DNA from: Candidatus Xenobia bacterium
GTDB lineage: Bacteria; Vulcanimicrobiota; Xenobia; Xenobiales; QWHO01
Direction of reading: 5' to 3'
DNA length: 64,000 bases
NCBI GenBank assembly: GCA_045863235.1
Contig: BTUM01000004.1
Location: 88,621-152,620, forward strand
The translations under genes were made by a program, and so were the position numbers. Numbering within the stretch: position 1 is the stretch's first letter; each line of letters begins with the position of its first letter. Positions 44,782 through 53,264 of the stretch are shown here, piece after piece. The notes below the pieces were generated by a model, which was not told the origin of the DNA, ran no database searches, and saw only the letters and a program-made list of their open reading frames with translations.

Positions 44782-47376
44782 TCAGCGCTTCACGCGCACC
44801 ACGGTGACCCCCCAACCTCCCTCGTGCACCTCGCCCAGGCGGTGCTCGAGCACCATGGGGTGCCCTTTCAGGTGGCGCTGGATCGCCTGGCGCAAGGCGC
44901 CGGTTCCCTTGCCGTGGATCAGCTCCACCCTCTCGGCCCCGGCCATGGAGGCGCTGTCGAGGTAACGATCCACCTCCATCAGCGCCTCGTCCGCCGTCAA
45001 CCCGCGCAGGTCCAGCCGGGTGCTCAGGGTGGCCGCACGCGACTCGGGCAGGTGGCCCACCTGACCCTGACTCTTCGTCTCGACCGGATCGCACTCGTCG
45101 CGCGGCACGGTAATGCGCACCGCCCCCACGCGGACTTCCACCTTGTCGTCCTTGCTCGTGAGCACCGTGCCCTCCTGGCCGAAACGGCGCACGTAGACGG
45201 TGGTTCCCGGCTCCAGTGGACCGCCCTCGGCCGGGGTCGGCTTGATGCGCAGCGGAGCCAGCTCGCTGACCAGCGCGTTGAGCTCCATCTGCAGCGCTCG
45301 GGCGTCAGCCCTCACCTCTTCGTCCACCTCGTCGGGAGGCGGCAACTCAGGCCGCGGGGGCTCGGGAGTCTCGGTGCTGGTGGGCAGGTCCTCCTCCTCC
45401 CAGGGGGTCTCGGGGTCCTCGTGGGGGGCCACCCGGGCCCGCTCAGCGGCCACCTCGGCCACCAGCCTGGCGGCCTCGGCCGACAGCTCCTCCACATCGG
45501 TCGAATCGCTCACCAGCCGGGCGGCCAGCTCGCGAGCCAGCCTGCGTGACTCTTCCAGCGCCTCCTTGCGGGCCTGGCCCAGAGCGGCCAGCTTCTTGCG
45601 AAAGTCGGCCAGCAAGCCCTGCACGTTGTCGCGCGCTTCGCTGAGCAGCTTCTCGGCCTGGCGGGCGGCCTCGTCCAGCTTCTCCTTCTTCTCCTGCTCC
45701 ACCAGCGCCAGGCGCGCTTCGTACTCCTGGCGCAGGCGGGTCACCTGGCTCGACTCCTGCTCGAGCTGTTGGCCCAGCCTGTGGGCCGTCTCGCGCTCTT
45801 GCTCGAGGTCGTCGAGCAGCCCTTCCACCTCGTCGTGGCTCTGCCCCAAAAGCTCTCTCGCGCGGCGCAGCACGCTGGCCGGCAGGCCCAGCTGGCTTGC
45901 GATCTGAAGGGCGTTGGAGCGTCCCGGGACGCCCATCAGCACGCGGTAGGTGGGCTGCAGCGACCGGGTATCGAACTCGACGGCGGCGTTCTCCATCCCC
46001 TCGGTCTGGGCCGCGAAGGCCTTCAGCTCGGAGAGGTGGGTGGTCACGACGGTGCGCGTGCCGCGCCCGTGCAGGTACTCCAGCAAGGCCATCCCCAGCG
46101 CTCCGCCCTCGGAGGGGTCGGTGCCCGCCCCCAGCTCGTCGAGCAGCACCAGCGTCTCGGGTCCGGCCGCCGGGAGGATGCGCAGAATCTGGGTCAGGTG
46201 GGCCGAGAAAGTGGACAGGCTCTGGGCGATGGACTGCTCGTCGCCGATGTCGGCCCACACCGCTCGCAGAAACGGGATGCTCGAACCCGAGGCGCAGGGC
46301 ACCGGGCAACCTGACAGGCCCATCAGCACCGACAGGCCCACGCATTTGAGGGTGACCGTCTTGCCACCCGTGTTGGGGCCGGTGACCACCAGGGTATCGA
46401 ACCCCTGGCCCACCTCGATGGAGATGGGGATGACGTGCCCTCTGAGCAGGGGATGGCGGGCCTGGTTGAGCCGGATCGTGCCCTCCTGGTTGATCTCGGG
46501 CAGCTGGGCCCGGGCGTCCTGGGCGTAGCGCCCCAGCCCGCAGAGAAAGTCGAAGTGACCCAGCTCGTCGCAGGCCATGGCCAGCTCGTCGGCGTGGTAG
46601 CCCACCAGGGCCGACAGGCGGGCCAGGATGGCCTCCATCTCCTTCTTCTCGGCCAACCGCACCGAGCGCAGCTGGTTGCCCTGCTCCACCAGGGAGAATG
46701 GCTCCATGAAGAGGGTGGCGCCGCTGGCCGACTGGTCGATCACAAGTCCCGGAAAGGCGCTGCGATACTCCGACTTGACCGGCACCACGTGCCGCCCCAT
46801 GCGCTGGGTGATGATGGGCTCCTGCAGCATCTTGGCCAGGTCGCTCTCGCGCAAAATGGCGCCCAGGCTGCGCTGCATGCGCGCCTCCAGAGAGCGGATC
46901 TCCTCGCGCAGGGCTCGCAGCTTCGGGCTGGCCGAGTCGAGCATGCGGGCGTCGGGACCGAAGCAGCGGGCCACCTCGGACTCGATCTTGGGGAAGGGGA
47001 TCAGCACCACGCCCCGGTCAGCCAGGCGCGGAAAGCGGTCGGCCCGCTCTTTCAGGGCCCGCCCGACCTGCCGGCTCACTCCGGCCACCTCGCGGATCTG
47101 CATGAGCACCTCTGGCTCGAGGGAGGAGCCAAGCTGGGCCTGCTGGATGGCCGGGCGCACGTCCTCGAGCCCGCCCAGGGGGGGGTTGTAGCCCTCGTCG
47201 AGCAGCCGGATGGCCTCGGCCACGTCGTTCTGGCGCTCTTGCAGCTCGTCGAGCGAGGTGGCCGGCAACAGAGCCTCCATGCGCTCGCGCCCGGGCGGCC
47301 AGTGGGTCTTGCCCGCCAGGATCTCGAGCACGGCCGGGAACTCCAGCACGCGCAGGGTTTGCAGGTCTTGCAGCAT
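44782..47376 (-). CDS. mutS2: Endonuclease MutS2 (MutS domains plus C-terminal Smr)
   Basis: ATG at M216 of track ORF 44782..48021. The product starts MLQDLQTLRVLEFPAVLEILAG.... Walker A is GPNTGGKTVTLK and the ABC signature is ...LLDELGAGTDPSEG.... The charged KE-rich linker is followed by the Smr domain ...ERVELIHGKGTGALRQAIQRHL.... Confidence 0.85.
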   Translation of the reverse strand: MLQDLQTLRVLEFPAVLEILAGKTHWPPGRERMEALLPATSLDELQERQNDVAEAIRLLDEGYNPPLGGLEDVRPAIQQAQLGSSLEPEVLMQIREVAGVSRQVGRALKERADRFPRLADRGVVLIPFPKIESEVARCFGPDARMLDSASPKLRALREEIRSLEARMQRSLGAILRESDLAKMLQEPIITQRMGRHVVPVKSEYRSAFPGLVIDQSASGATLFMEPFSLVEQGNQLRSVRLAEKKEMEAILARLSALVGYHADELAMACDELGHFDFLCGLGRYAQDARAQLPEINQEGTIRLNQARHPLLRGHVIPISIEVGQGFDTLVVTGPNTGGKTVTLKCVGLSVLMGLSGCPVPCASGSSIPFLRAVWADIGDEQSIAQSLSTFSAHLTQILRILPAAGPETLVLLDELGAGTDPSEGGALGMALLEYLHGRGTRTVVTTHLSELKAFAAQTEGMENAAVEFDTRSLQPTYRVLMGVPGRSNALQIASQLGLPASVLRRARELLGQSHDEVEGLLDDLEQERETAHRLGQQLEQESSQVTRLRQEYEARLALVEQEKKEKLDEAARQAEKLLSEARDNVQGLLADFRKKLAALGQARKEALEESRRLARELAARLVSDSTDVEELSAEAARLVAEVAAERARVAPHEDPETPWEEEDLPTSTETPEPPRPELPPPDEVDEEVRADARALQMELNALVSELAPLRIKPTPAEGGPLEPGTTVYVRRFGQEGTVLTSKDDKVEVRVGAVRITVPRDECDPVETKSQGQVGHLPESRAATLSTRLDLRGLTADEALMEVDRYLDSASMAGAERVELIHGKGTGALRQAIQRHLKGHPMVLEHRLGEVHEGGWGVTVVRVKR

Positions 47377-47452
47377 CGCGCTCGGAGATTCTCGCCGGAG
47401 GGGTGGATTTCCGCCTGGCACGGCCAAGTCGAGAACGGAACTGGCGTTAGAG

Positions 47453-47494
47453 CGTTCTGTGAGGCTTTCACGGAGGCGAAACTCCTGCCGAACA
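47453..47494 (+). repeat. Copy A of a repeated ~42-nt intergenic motif (gcgttctgtgaNNNctttcacggaggcgaaactcctgccgaaca)
   Basis: gcgttctgtgaggctttcacggaggcgaaactcctgccgaaca lies about 50 nt upstream of the ATG at 47542. It is near-identical to the copy at about 61036-61079, and a partial copy ctttcacggaggcga is at about 49402-49416. Confidence 0.5.
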
Positions 47495-47541
47495 ACGAGG
47501 CGGTGAGGGAGGGACGTGCCCACCGGCGAACCAGACGATCG

Positions 47542-49395
47542 ATGCAGCTGCGAGAGAGAGCAAGGTGCGGCTATCCCGATGCGATGGCAGCCCTGGCCGA
47601 GGCCGGGGAGGACCTGAGCTTTCTTTCTGCCGAGCAGCGGGCCTATGGCTGGTGCCACACGTTCCACCCACGGTTGGCCGAGGAGCTGGTCGTGTGCCGG
47701 GCGACCCCGCACTGCCTGGTCGTGAGCTCGCTGAAGCTGGGTCAGCCCCTCGAGCTCGACTCTCGGCTCGCTCCTTCCTTCCTGGAGGCCAGCGCCTGCC
47801 CCGATCCAGAGGTCTCGGCCCGGGCCCTGGAGGCCCTGAAAGCCACCGACCTGGTCGACCTCCTGTGCGACTACGCGCTGTCGAGGGACTGCTCGCCGGC
47901 CGCCAGGGAGGTCTGGGTGGCTTTGGGCTTGCTTCCCAGCGCCCCCCATCGGCGCCAGATCTACCTGATCAGGATGGGAAGGACGGACCTTGCCGAGGAG
48001 CTCGATCCGCAGGGCGAGCACCTGACGCTGGGAGCCCTGGAGCTACGCCCCTCCTGGCGCCTGGCTCTGGCGGCCCATTTGCGCGAGCGCGGCCGGGGCC
48101 ACCTGGTACCCCGCATGCTGGGCATCGTCCGCGAGAGAGTGCAACTCGACGGGCCCATGCTGGCCGAGATGCTACGCCAGGCCCAGTTCGAGGCACTGTG
48201 GACTCTGTGCCCCTTCCTGTCTGCCGAGCGCGCCCGGGAGGTCATCCTGGGACTGGCCGAGAGGGGCTTCGCGGGGGGGGCTGACTTCGCGCAAGCCGTG
48301 GACCTGGCCCGGGTCGAGCCGATCCGGCGGCCTGTCTATCGCACGCGCGGGAAATGGGTGGGCTGGGGCGGGCGCCGCCTGCTGGTCAGCCGCAATCGGA
48401 GCGTGAGAGCCATCGATTGGGAGGAGGATCGCGTCGCCTGGCAGGTGGGAGGGAGTTGTCAGGGTGCGGTGCTCTCGCCGGACGGCAGGTGGGCCGCTCT
48501 TTCGCGCCAGCGGCACTACCATCTGCACGATCACGAGGGCCGAATGGTACACGCGAATCGAGCCGTGATGCCCAGTTTCTCGCCCTGCTCGAATTACTTC
48601 GCTTTTCGCGAGGGGCGCTGGCAGCTCTGGCGCCTCTCCCCGCTCGAGCTGCTCGAGTCATCCCAAAACTGCAAGTTCGAGTGGCTGGAGCCAGGCCAGG
48701 TGATCGTCAGCGAGGTGGGAGGACTGCGCATCCGCGATCTGGCCAGCGGGACCACCCGCCTGGAGCCGCCCCTGGCCAGTGAGCCGAACACCTCCAAGTG
48801 GAGGAGGTCTGCCCGGGGCGCGCGCTGGGTGGCCCGCCGAAACCCGCTGATGGCGTTGAGCACGGGCACCCCCGAAAGCCTGATCGTGGAATCGGACGGA
48901 AGCTGCCAGGTCGTGCCGAGCAGGGTCGTGCTGCTCGACGACGAGCGCGTGCTGTGCACCAAAGACTGGAAGATCTGGGACGGTCGCATGCTGCGGCCGC
49001 TCCCCAGGCCAGAGGCGGCTTCGTTTCAGATCGATCCCCGGGGGGCGCGACTCGTGACCGAGAAGGAAGGCTTCACCGCGCTGGTGCGCCTGGGCGACCG
49101 CCTGCCCTACCGAGAGCTGCCCGGCACTTTTCTCGCGATCCATCCCACCGAGCCTTACCTGGCAACTTTGCTTGAGGGAGAGATCTGCATCTGGCAGGTG
49201 CCCCACGAGGTCGACCTGGGTCCTGCGCTGCTCGAGGACAACGCCGAGCGACTCGAGCAACACCTGCGCCCACTGGCCCTCTTTCTCTTGCACCGACGAT
49301 TCCGCCACGAGGTGGCGCTGGAAGAGGGTCTGGAGCTCTCCCCAGCGCACGAAATCCAACTCGACGACGATGAGGCTCGCGTTTATGGAGGGTAA
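47542..49395 (+). CDS. Hypothetical protein with probable beta-propeller (WD40/PQQ-like) C-terminal region
   Basis: First in-frame ATG (MQLRERARCGYPDAMAALAEAG...) of track ORF 46435..49395. The upstream part of that ORF is antisense to mutS2. The C-terminal half has repeated W/G/S beta-strand-like segments (...VAWQVGGSCQGAVLSPDGRWAAL...). Confidence 0.5.
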   Translation: MQLRERARCGYPDAMAALAEAGEDLSFLSAEQRAYGWCHTFHPRLAEELVVCRATPHCLVVSSLKLGQPLELDSRLAPSFLEASACPDPEVSARALEALKATDLVDLLCDYALSRDCSPAAREVWVALGLLPSAPHRRQIYLIRMGRTDLAEELDPQGEHLTLGALELRPSWRLALAAHLRERGRGHLVPRMLGIVRERVQLDGPMLAEMLRQAQFEALWTLCPFLSAERAREVILGLAERGFAGGADFAQAVDLARVEPIRRPVYRTRGKWVGWGGRRLLVSRNRSVRAIDWEEDRVAWQVGGSCQGAVLSPDGRWAALSRQRHYHLHDHEGRMVHANRAVMPSFSPCSNYFAFREGRWQLWRLSPLELLESSQNCKFEWLEPGQVIVSEVGGLRIRDLASGTTRLEPPLASEPNTSKWRRSARGARWVARRNPLMALSTGTPESLIVESDGSCQVVPSRVVLLDDERVLCTKDWKIWDGRMLRPLPRPEAASFQIDPRGARLVTEKEGFTALVRLGDRLPYRELPGTFLAIHPTEPYLATLLEGEICIWQVPHEVDLGPALLEDNAERLEQHLRPLALFLLHRRFRHEVALEEGLELSPAHEIQLDDDEARVYGG

Positions 49396-49421
49396 CGCTC
49401 CCTTTCACGGAGGCGACGTGC

Positions 49422-52049
49422 TCAGGTCTGAGGATCAGCGACCTGGCCACCCTGAAGGCGCCGGTCGATCACGTGCCGCAGCTTGCCGCTGCGCGGGTTG
49501 CGCTCCAGCTCTCCCGGACTGACGACCTCTACCACCAGTTCGGCCAGCAAGCCCTGCTCGAGCCGCTCACCGAGCACAGGCAGGCGCTCGAGCAGCCTTT
49601 CTCGTACCCTCTCACTGGAGGCCGGGCCTTCCACCCGCACCCGCAGCCGATCGAGCAGGTCCCGCTTCTCGGCTACCAGTTGCACGGCGCCCGCCAGGCC
49701 GACCAGAGCTTCGGCCACGTCTTGCCAGGAAGTGTTGGTGCTGGCCAGGCAGAGCAGGTCGTCAGAGCGGCCAAGCAGCTCGAAGCGAGGAGTGGTCCGA
49801 CCGCAGGGGCAGGGCTCTTGCAGCCAGCGGGCTCGATCCCCCAATCGATAGCGAATCAGCGGCATCAACCGGCGCTGCAGGCAGGTGATCACGACCTCTC
49901 CCTCCGGGGCCGGTCTGCCTTGCGCGTCCAGTAGCTCCATCCACACCTGGTCGCTGGCCAGGTGGTGCACCGAGCCCGGGCAATGGGCGCACTGGTAGCC
50001 GATGGGTCCGCCGTCGTTGGCGCCCAGAATCGAGCCCAGCCGGGTCAATCCGAAGCGTTCGCGCAAGAGCTTCTGCTCGCCCGGGGGCAGGGGCTCGCCC
50101 CCGTAGACCACCGTCTTGATGGGGGGGCGAGCCTGGCGCTCGTGGAGGTCGGAGAACAGGCGGGTGAGCTGAGACGAGACCCCCAGCACCACCCCCACTT
50201 CGAAGCGCTCGAAGTGCAGCATCAGGCTCTCGAGGGGGGCCGAGGCGGTGAAGGGGAGGTTGACCACGCCGGCTTCCTCCAGCACTCGGTGGATGCTCAG
50301 GAAACTGCCGTAGAGGTCGCCCGAGAGGAAGAGGTTGGCGCAGCGGTCCCCCGGGCGAACGCCCAGGGCGCGCAGCATCTTGACGCCGGCCAGGACGTCG
50401 GCGCGATAGTCCTCCGGGCTCAAGAAGCAGTACTTGGGGTCGCCGGTGGAGCCGCCGCTGCGCAGCACCACGGCGTCCTTGAGAGGCGCGGTCAAGAGCT
50501 CGGCGGACTGAAGGTGCAGCACCGAGCGCTCCAGCAACGGCTGGCCCTGGAAGTCCTCCGGGAGGCAGACCGGGGTAAGGCGCTCGCGGTAGTAGGGCGA
50601 GCGAGCGCGCACGAACTCGATCAGGTCGAGCAGCCGCTCCCAGCTGATGGCCTCGGCCTCGGCGGCGGGGCGGGTCTCCCAGTCGTGGCTGATGCCCTCG
50701 GGGGCGTCGGCGGTCAAACTCACCCAGCGCACCAGGGGTTGCAGGCCGAGACGGCCGTCGTGGGGCTCGCCGGGCTGCCCCCCTGCCATCTCGCCGAGGC
50801 GGCAGATGCGGGTGGCTCCCGCCGCGGTCAGCAGCCGGCCCAGGTGGCGCGAGCGATAGAGCCCGGCCTCCAGGCCCACGGTCTGAAGGAAGCTGCGCCA
50901 GGGCTCGAGCAGAACCGGCAGCTCGCGCTCGGGTTGCTCCACCGTCTTGATGATCAGCGTGCGGTGCAAGGGCGAGGAGCGAAGCTCGCTCTCGTCGCTC
51001 TCGTAGATCAACGTCCAGGCCAGGGGACGCCTGGAGGTCAGCAGTCGCACCGGTCGCACGGCCTGGTCAAAAAGAGCCATCTGGCGCTCCTTGGTGACCT
51101 CGATGGCGGTATCGAAGGCGGGCTCGGCAGACGGCAGCTCGGCCTCCACCTCCTCCAGCGCCCGGGCCAGCGGCTCGAGCAGCCGCTCGGCGTTCTCGGC
51201 TCCCTCCACGTAGAGCACCTGGGGCGAGGAGCAGGCGTGTTGATCCCACATCGACACGTCGCGGGCCAGGCGGCCCGCCAGCTCGGGCAGATCCTGCCAG
51301 CCCGGGGCGTCGGCGGTGAGCACGGCCAGCGACAGCTTGGGCCCGTAATCCACCACCTCCACGTGGGGATCGACCCCCTGATGGTAGCGGCGCACGGCCT
51401 CCTCGCCCCCGGTGATGACGATGGCGTCACAGCCTGCTTTGAAGAGCGACTCCAGGCTCTCGTCGCCTCCCGACCAGGAGAGCACGGCGGTGGAGCGGGT
51501 CAGCTCGCCATCCTCTTCGAAGGCGGCCAGGCTCTCCACGAAGAGCCGGGCAAACAGCGGGTCACCGCTGGAGGCCTTCAGCAGAGTCACGTTGCCGGTC
51601 AGCAGAGACTCGGCCAGGAGGATGGCGGCGCCCACGAAGACATTGCCCGAGGCCACCGTCAGCACCACCCCGCGGGGACGAGCCCGCAGGTACTCCCCGA
51701 TGCTCTTGCGCGGAGTCCAACGATCGAGCAGGTCAGCCGGCCCCAACTCGCGCTCGATGCGCATCTCCAGGACGTCGCGTCGCAGGGCGTTCCCCATCAT
51801 CGTGAGGGATTGCGCCACCATGGGCCGGGACATGCCCACCAGGTCGGGGATCTCTTGCTCAGCCCGGCGTCGGGGGGGGAACTCGGGGTCGACCCAGGCA
51901 GCTCCGGCCCGATCCAGAATGCGCATGATGCGCCGCACCGAGATGCGCTCGTAGCTCAGGGTGCGCTCGCGAGCCCGGCCCAGCACCTCACGGACCCGCT
52001 CGGCGGTGAGCGGGCCGCTCCAGGTCTCCCCCAGCACGAAGTGGCTCAT
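49422..52049 (-). CDS. Fusion protein: LuxC-type acyl-CoA reductase (N-terminal) + PaaK/F390-synthetase-like adenylate-forming enzyme (C-terminal)
   Basis: ATG at M58 of the track ORF, overlapping the luxE-like stop (ATGA). The N-terminal half matches LuxC hallmarks (VVLTVASGNVFVGAAILLAESLLTGNVTLLKASSGDPLF ... AGCDAIVITGGEEAV; cf. LuxC HLLAGNVPLSG...IKTSSTDPF...DVIVAWGG). The C-terminal half has ...VVLRSGGSTGDPKYCF... and the CPCGR motif, paralogous to 58537..59814. Confidence 0.7.
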   Translation of the reverse strand: MSHFVLGETWSGPLTAERVREVLGRARERTLSYERISVRRIMRILDRAGAAWVDPEFPPRRRAEQEIPDLVGMSRPMVAQSLTMMGNALRRDVLEMRIERELGPADLLDRWTPRKSIGEYLRARPRGVVLTVASGNVFVGAAILLAESLLTGNVTLLKASSGDPLFARLFVESLAAFEEDGELTRSTAVLSWSGGDESLESLFKAGCDAIVITGGEEAVRRYHQGVDPHVEVVDYGPKLSLAVLTADAPGWQDLPELAGRLARDVSMWDQHACSSPQVLYVEGAENAERLLEPLARALEEVEAELPSAEPAFDTAIEVTKERQMALFDQAVRPVRLLTSRRPLAWTLIYESDESELRSSPLHRTLIIKTVEQPERELPVLLEPWRSFLQTVGLEAGLYRSRHLGRLLTAAGATRICRLGEMAGGQPGEPHDGRLGLQPLVRWVSLTADAPEGISHDWETRPAAEAEAISWERLLDLIEFVRARSPYYRERLTPVCLPEDFQGQPLLERSVLHLQSAELLTAPLKDAVVLRSGGSTGDPKYCFLSPEDYRADVLAGVKMLRALGVRPGDRCANLFLSGDLYGSFLSIHRVLEEAGVVNLPFTASAPLESLMLHFERFEVGVVLGVSSQLTRLFSDLHERQARPPIKTVVYGGEPLPPGEQKLLRERFGLTRLGSILGANDGGPIGYQCAHCPGSVHHLASDQVWMELLDAQGRPAPEGEVVITCLQRRLMPLIRYRLGDRARWLQEPCPCGRTTPRFELLGRSDDLLCLASTNTSWQDVAEALVGLAGAVQLVAEKRDLLDRLRVRVEGPASSERVRERLLERLPVLGERLEQGLLAELVVEVVSPGELERNPRSGKLRHVIDRRLQGGQVADPQT

Positions 52050-53131
52050 TCCAGCAGCCTCGCGGCCGCAATGGCGCAGCCGGCGTGCTTGCGCGTGCCG
52101 CCCCGGCCCAGAAAGCGAAGCGCAGGGGCCTGACGCCCGCACGGGCAACCCTCCTCCAGGGCCGCCAGGTCGCTGGTCAGCAGGCTGAGGTTGGGCACAC
52201 TGGTCAGAAACGGGGTGCACAGCTGCAACAGACCTGGCTCACCCGGAGCGAGCGGCCGAAGATCGAGGGGATGACGGATCAGCGCCCGGCAGAACACCGG
52301 AACATGGAAGCGGTGGGCCGGGCACTCGACGTAGGGGGCGCCGTGCTCGACCATGCCATAGTTGTCGCGCTGGCGCTCGGGGGGCACAGCCAGCTTCTGG
52401 CTGACCAGCTGGAGAAACTCCTCGCGAGGGATGGCCTGCTCGGCCTGGCCCTTCCAGCCCCCGCCGGTCAGCACCCAGCTGCCCTCAGCCAGCCTGACCG
52501 GGGCGTGCAGCCGCGTCATCAGACGGTGCAAGAAGGAGGGGAAGCCCACGATGCGCGTGGGGAACGGGCTTTGAGCCAGCCGCACCAGAGCCTCGAGCGC
52601 CCCTTCCTCGTCGAAGAAGAACCCCTCCGGGCCCTTTTGAAGGGCGTAGAACACCTCGGCCTGGCGGGTGAAACGGGTCCAGTTGGAGGAGCTGAAGGCC
52701 GCCCCCGAATCGGGAGCTTCAGCCGGGTCGTAGGAGAAAAGCAGCGAGTTGGTTGTCTCGTCGGGGGCCACCAGCCCCTGGTCGGCAAAGACCGTCTCGA
52801 GCATGGCCTGGGCCCGATCGAGCGAAGCCTGGTCGAAGAAAGTCTGGCTCTTTTGCCCCGAGGTCCCACTGGAGCGAACGTGCAGCACGACCTGGCTCTT
52901 CTCCACGCTGAGGAGCTCGTAGCGCTTGAACACGTTGACGAAGACGAAGGGGGCATCCTCCAGGCGCCCCAGGCGCTGAAAGCCCTGCTGCTCGCAAAAC
53001 CGGCCGAACTCGGGGCAGGAGCGGCGGTGGTGGGCAAACGCCTCCTGCATGGCCTCGTGAAAGAGCAGCTCGCGCTCATCGTCGAGGTCATAAGGGCGAT
53101 CAAGGCGACAGAGGCGGTCGATAGCTTGCAT
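52046..53131 (-). CDS. LuxE-like acyl-protein synthetase
   Basis: 361 aa. Adenylation motif VRSSGTSGQKSQTFF and a LuxE-type architecture. It lies immediately upstream of, and translationally coupled to, the LuxC fusion. Confidence 0.65.
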   Translation of the reverse strand: MQAIDRLCRLDRPYDLDDERELLFHEAMQEAFAHHRRSCPEFGRFCEQQGFQRLGRLEDAPFVFVNVFKRYELLSVEKSQVVLHVRSSGTSGQKSQTFFDQASLDRAQAMLETVFADQGLVAPDETTNSLLFSYDPAEAPDSGAAFSSSNWTRFTRQAEVFYALQKGPEGFFFDEEGALEALVRLAQSPFPTRIVGFPSFLHRLMTRLHAPVRLAEGSWVLTGGGWKGQAEQAIPREEFLQLVSQKLAVPPERQRDNYGMVEHGAPYVECPAHRFHVPVFCRALIRHPLDLRPLAPGEPGLLQLCTPFLTSVPNLSLLTSDLAALEEGCPCGRQAPALRFLGRGGTRKHAGCAIAAARLLE

Positions 53132-53264
53132 CCTGGAGGGCCCCGTTTCTCACCGGCGGCGGCCGGCCCTGCTCTGCGCACTGATATCCTTCTGTCCATA
53201 CTGCGGCAACAATCCTGGGACCAGCCGCGCGTAAACTCAGGGCGGTGCGCAAACAGGAGACCTC

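Noticed and set aside
49962-52133. 723-aa plus ORF
   Set aside because: It is antisense to the LuxC::PaaK fusion. Its Gly/Ala/His/Gln-rich translation has no motifs.
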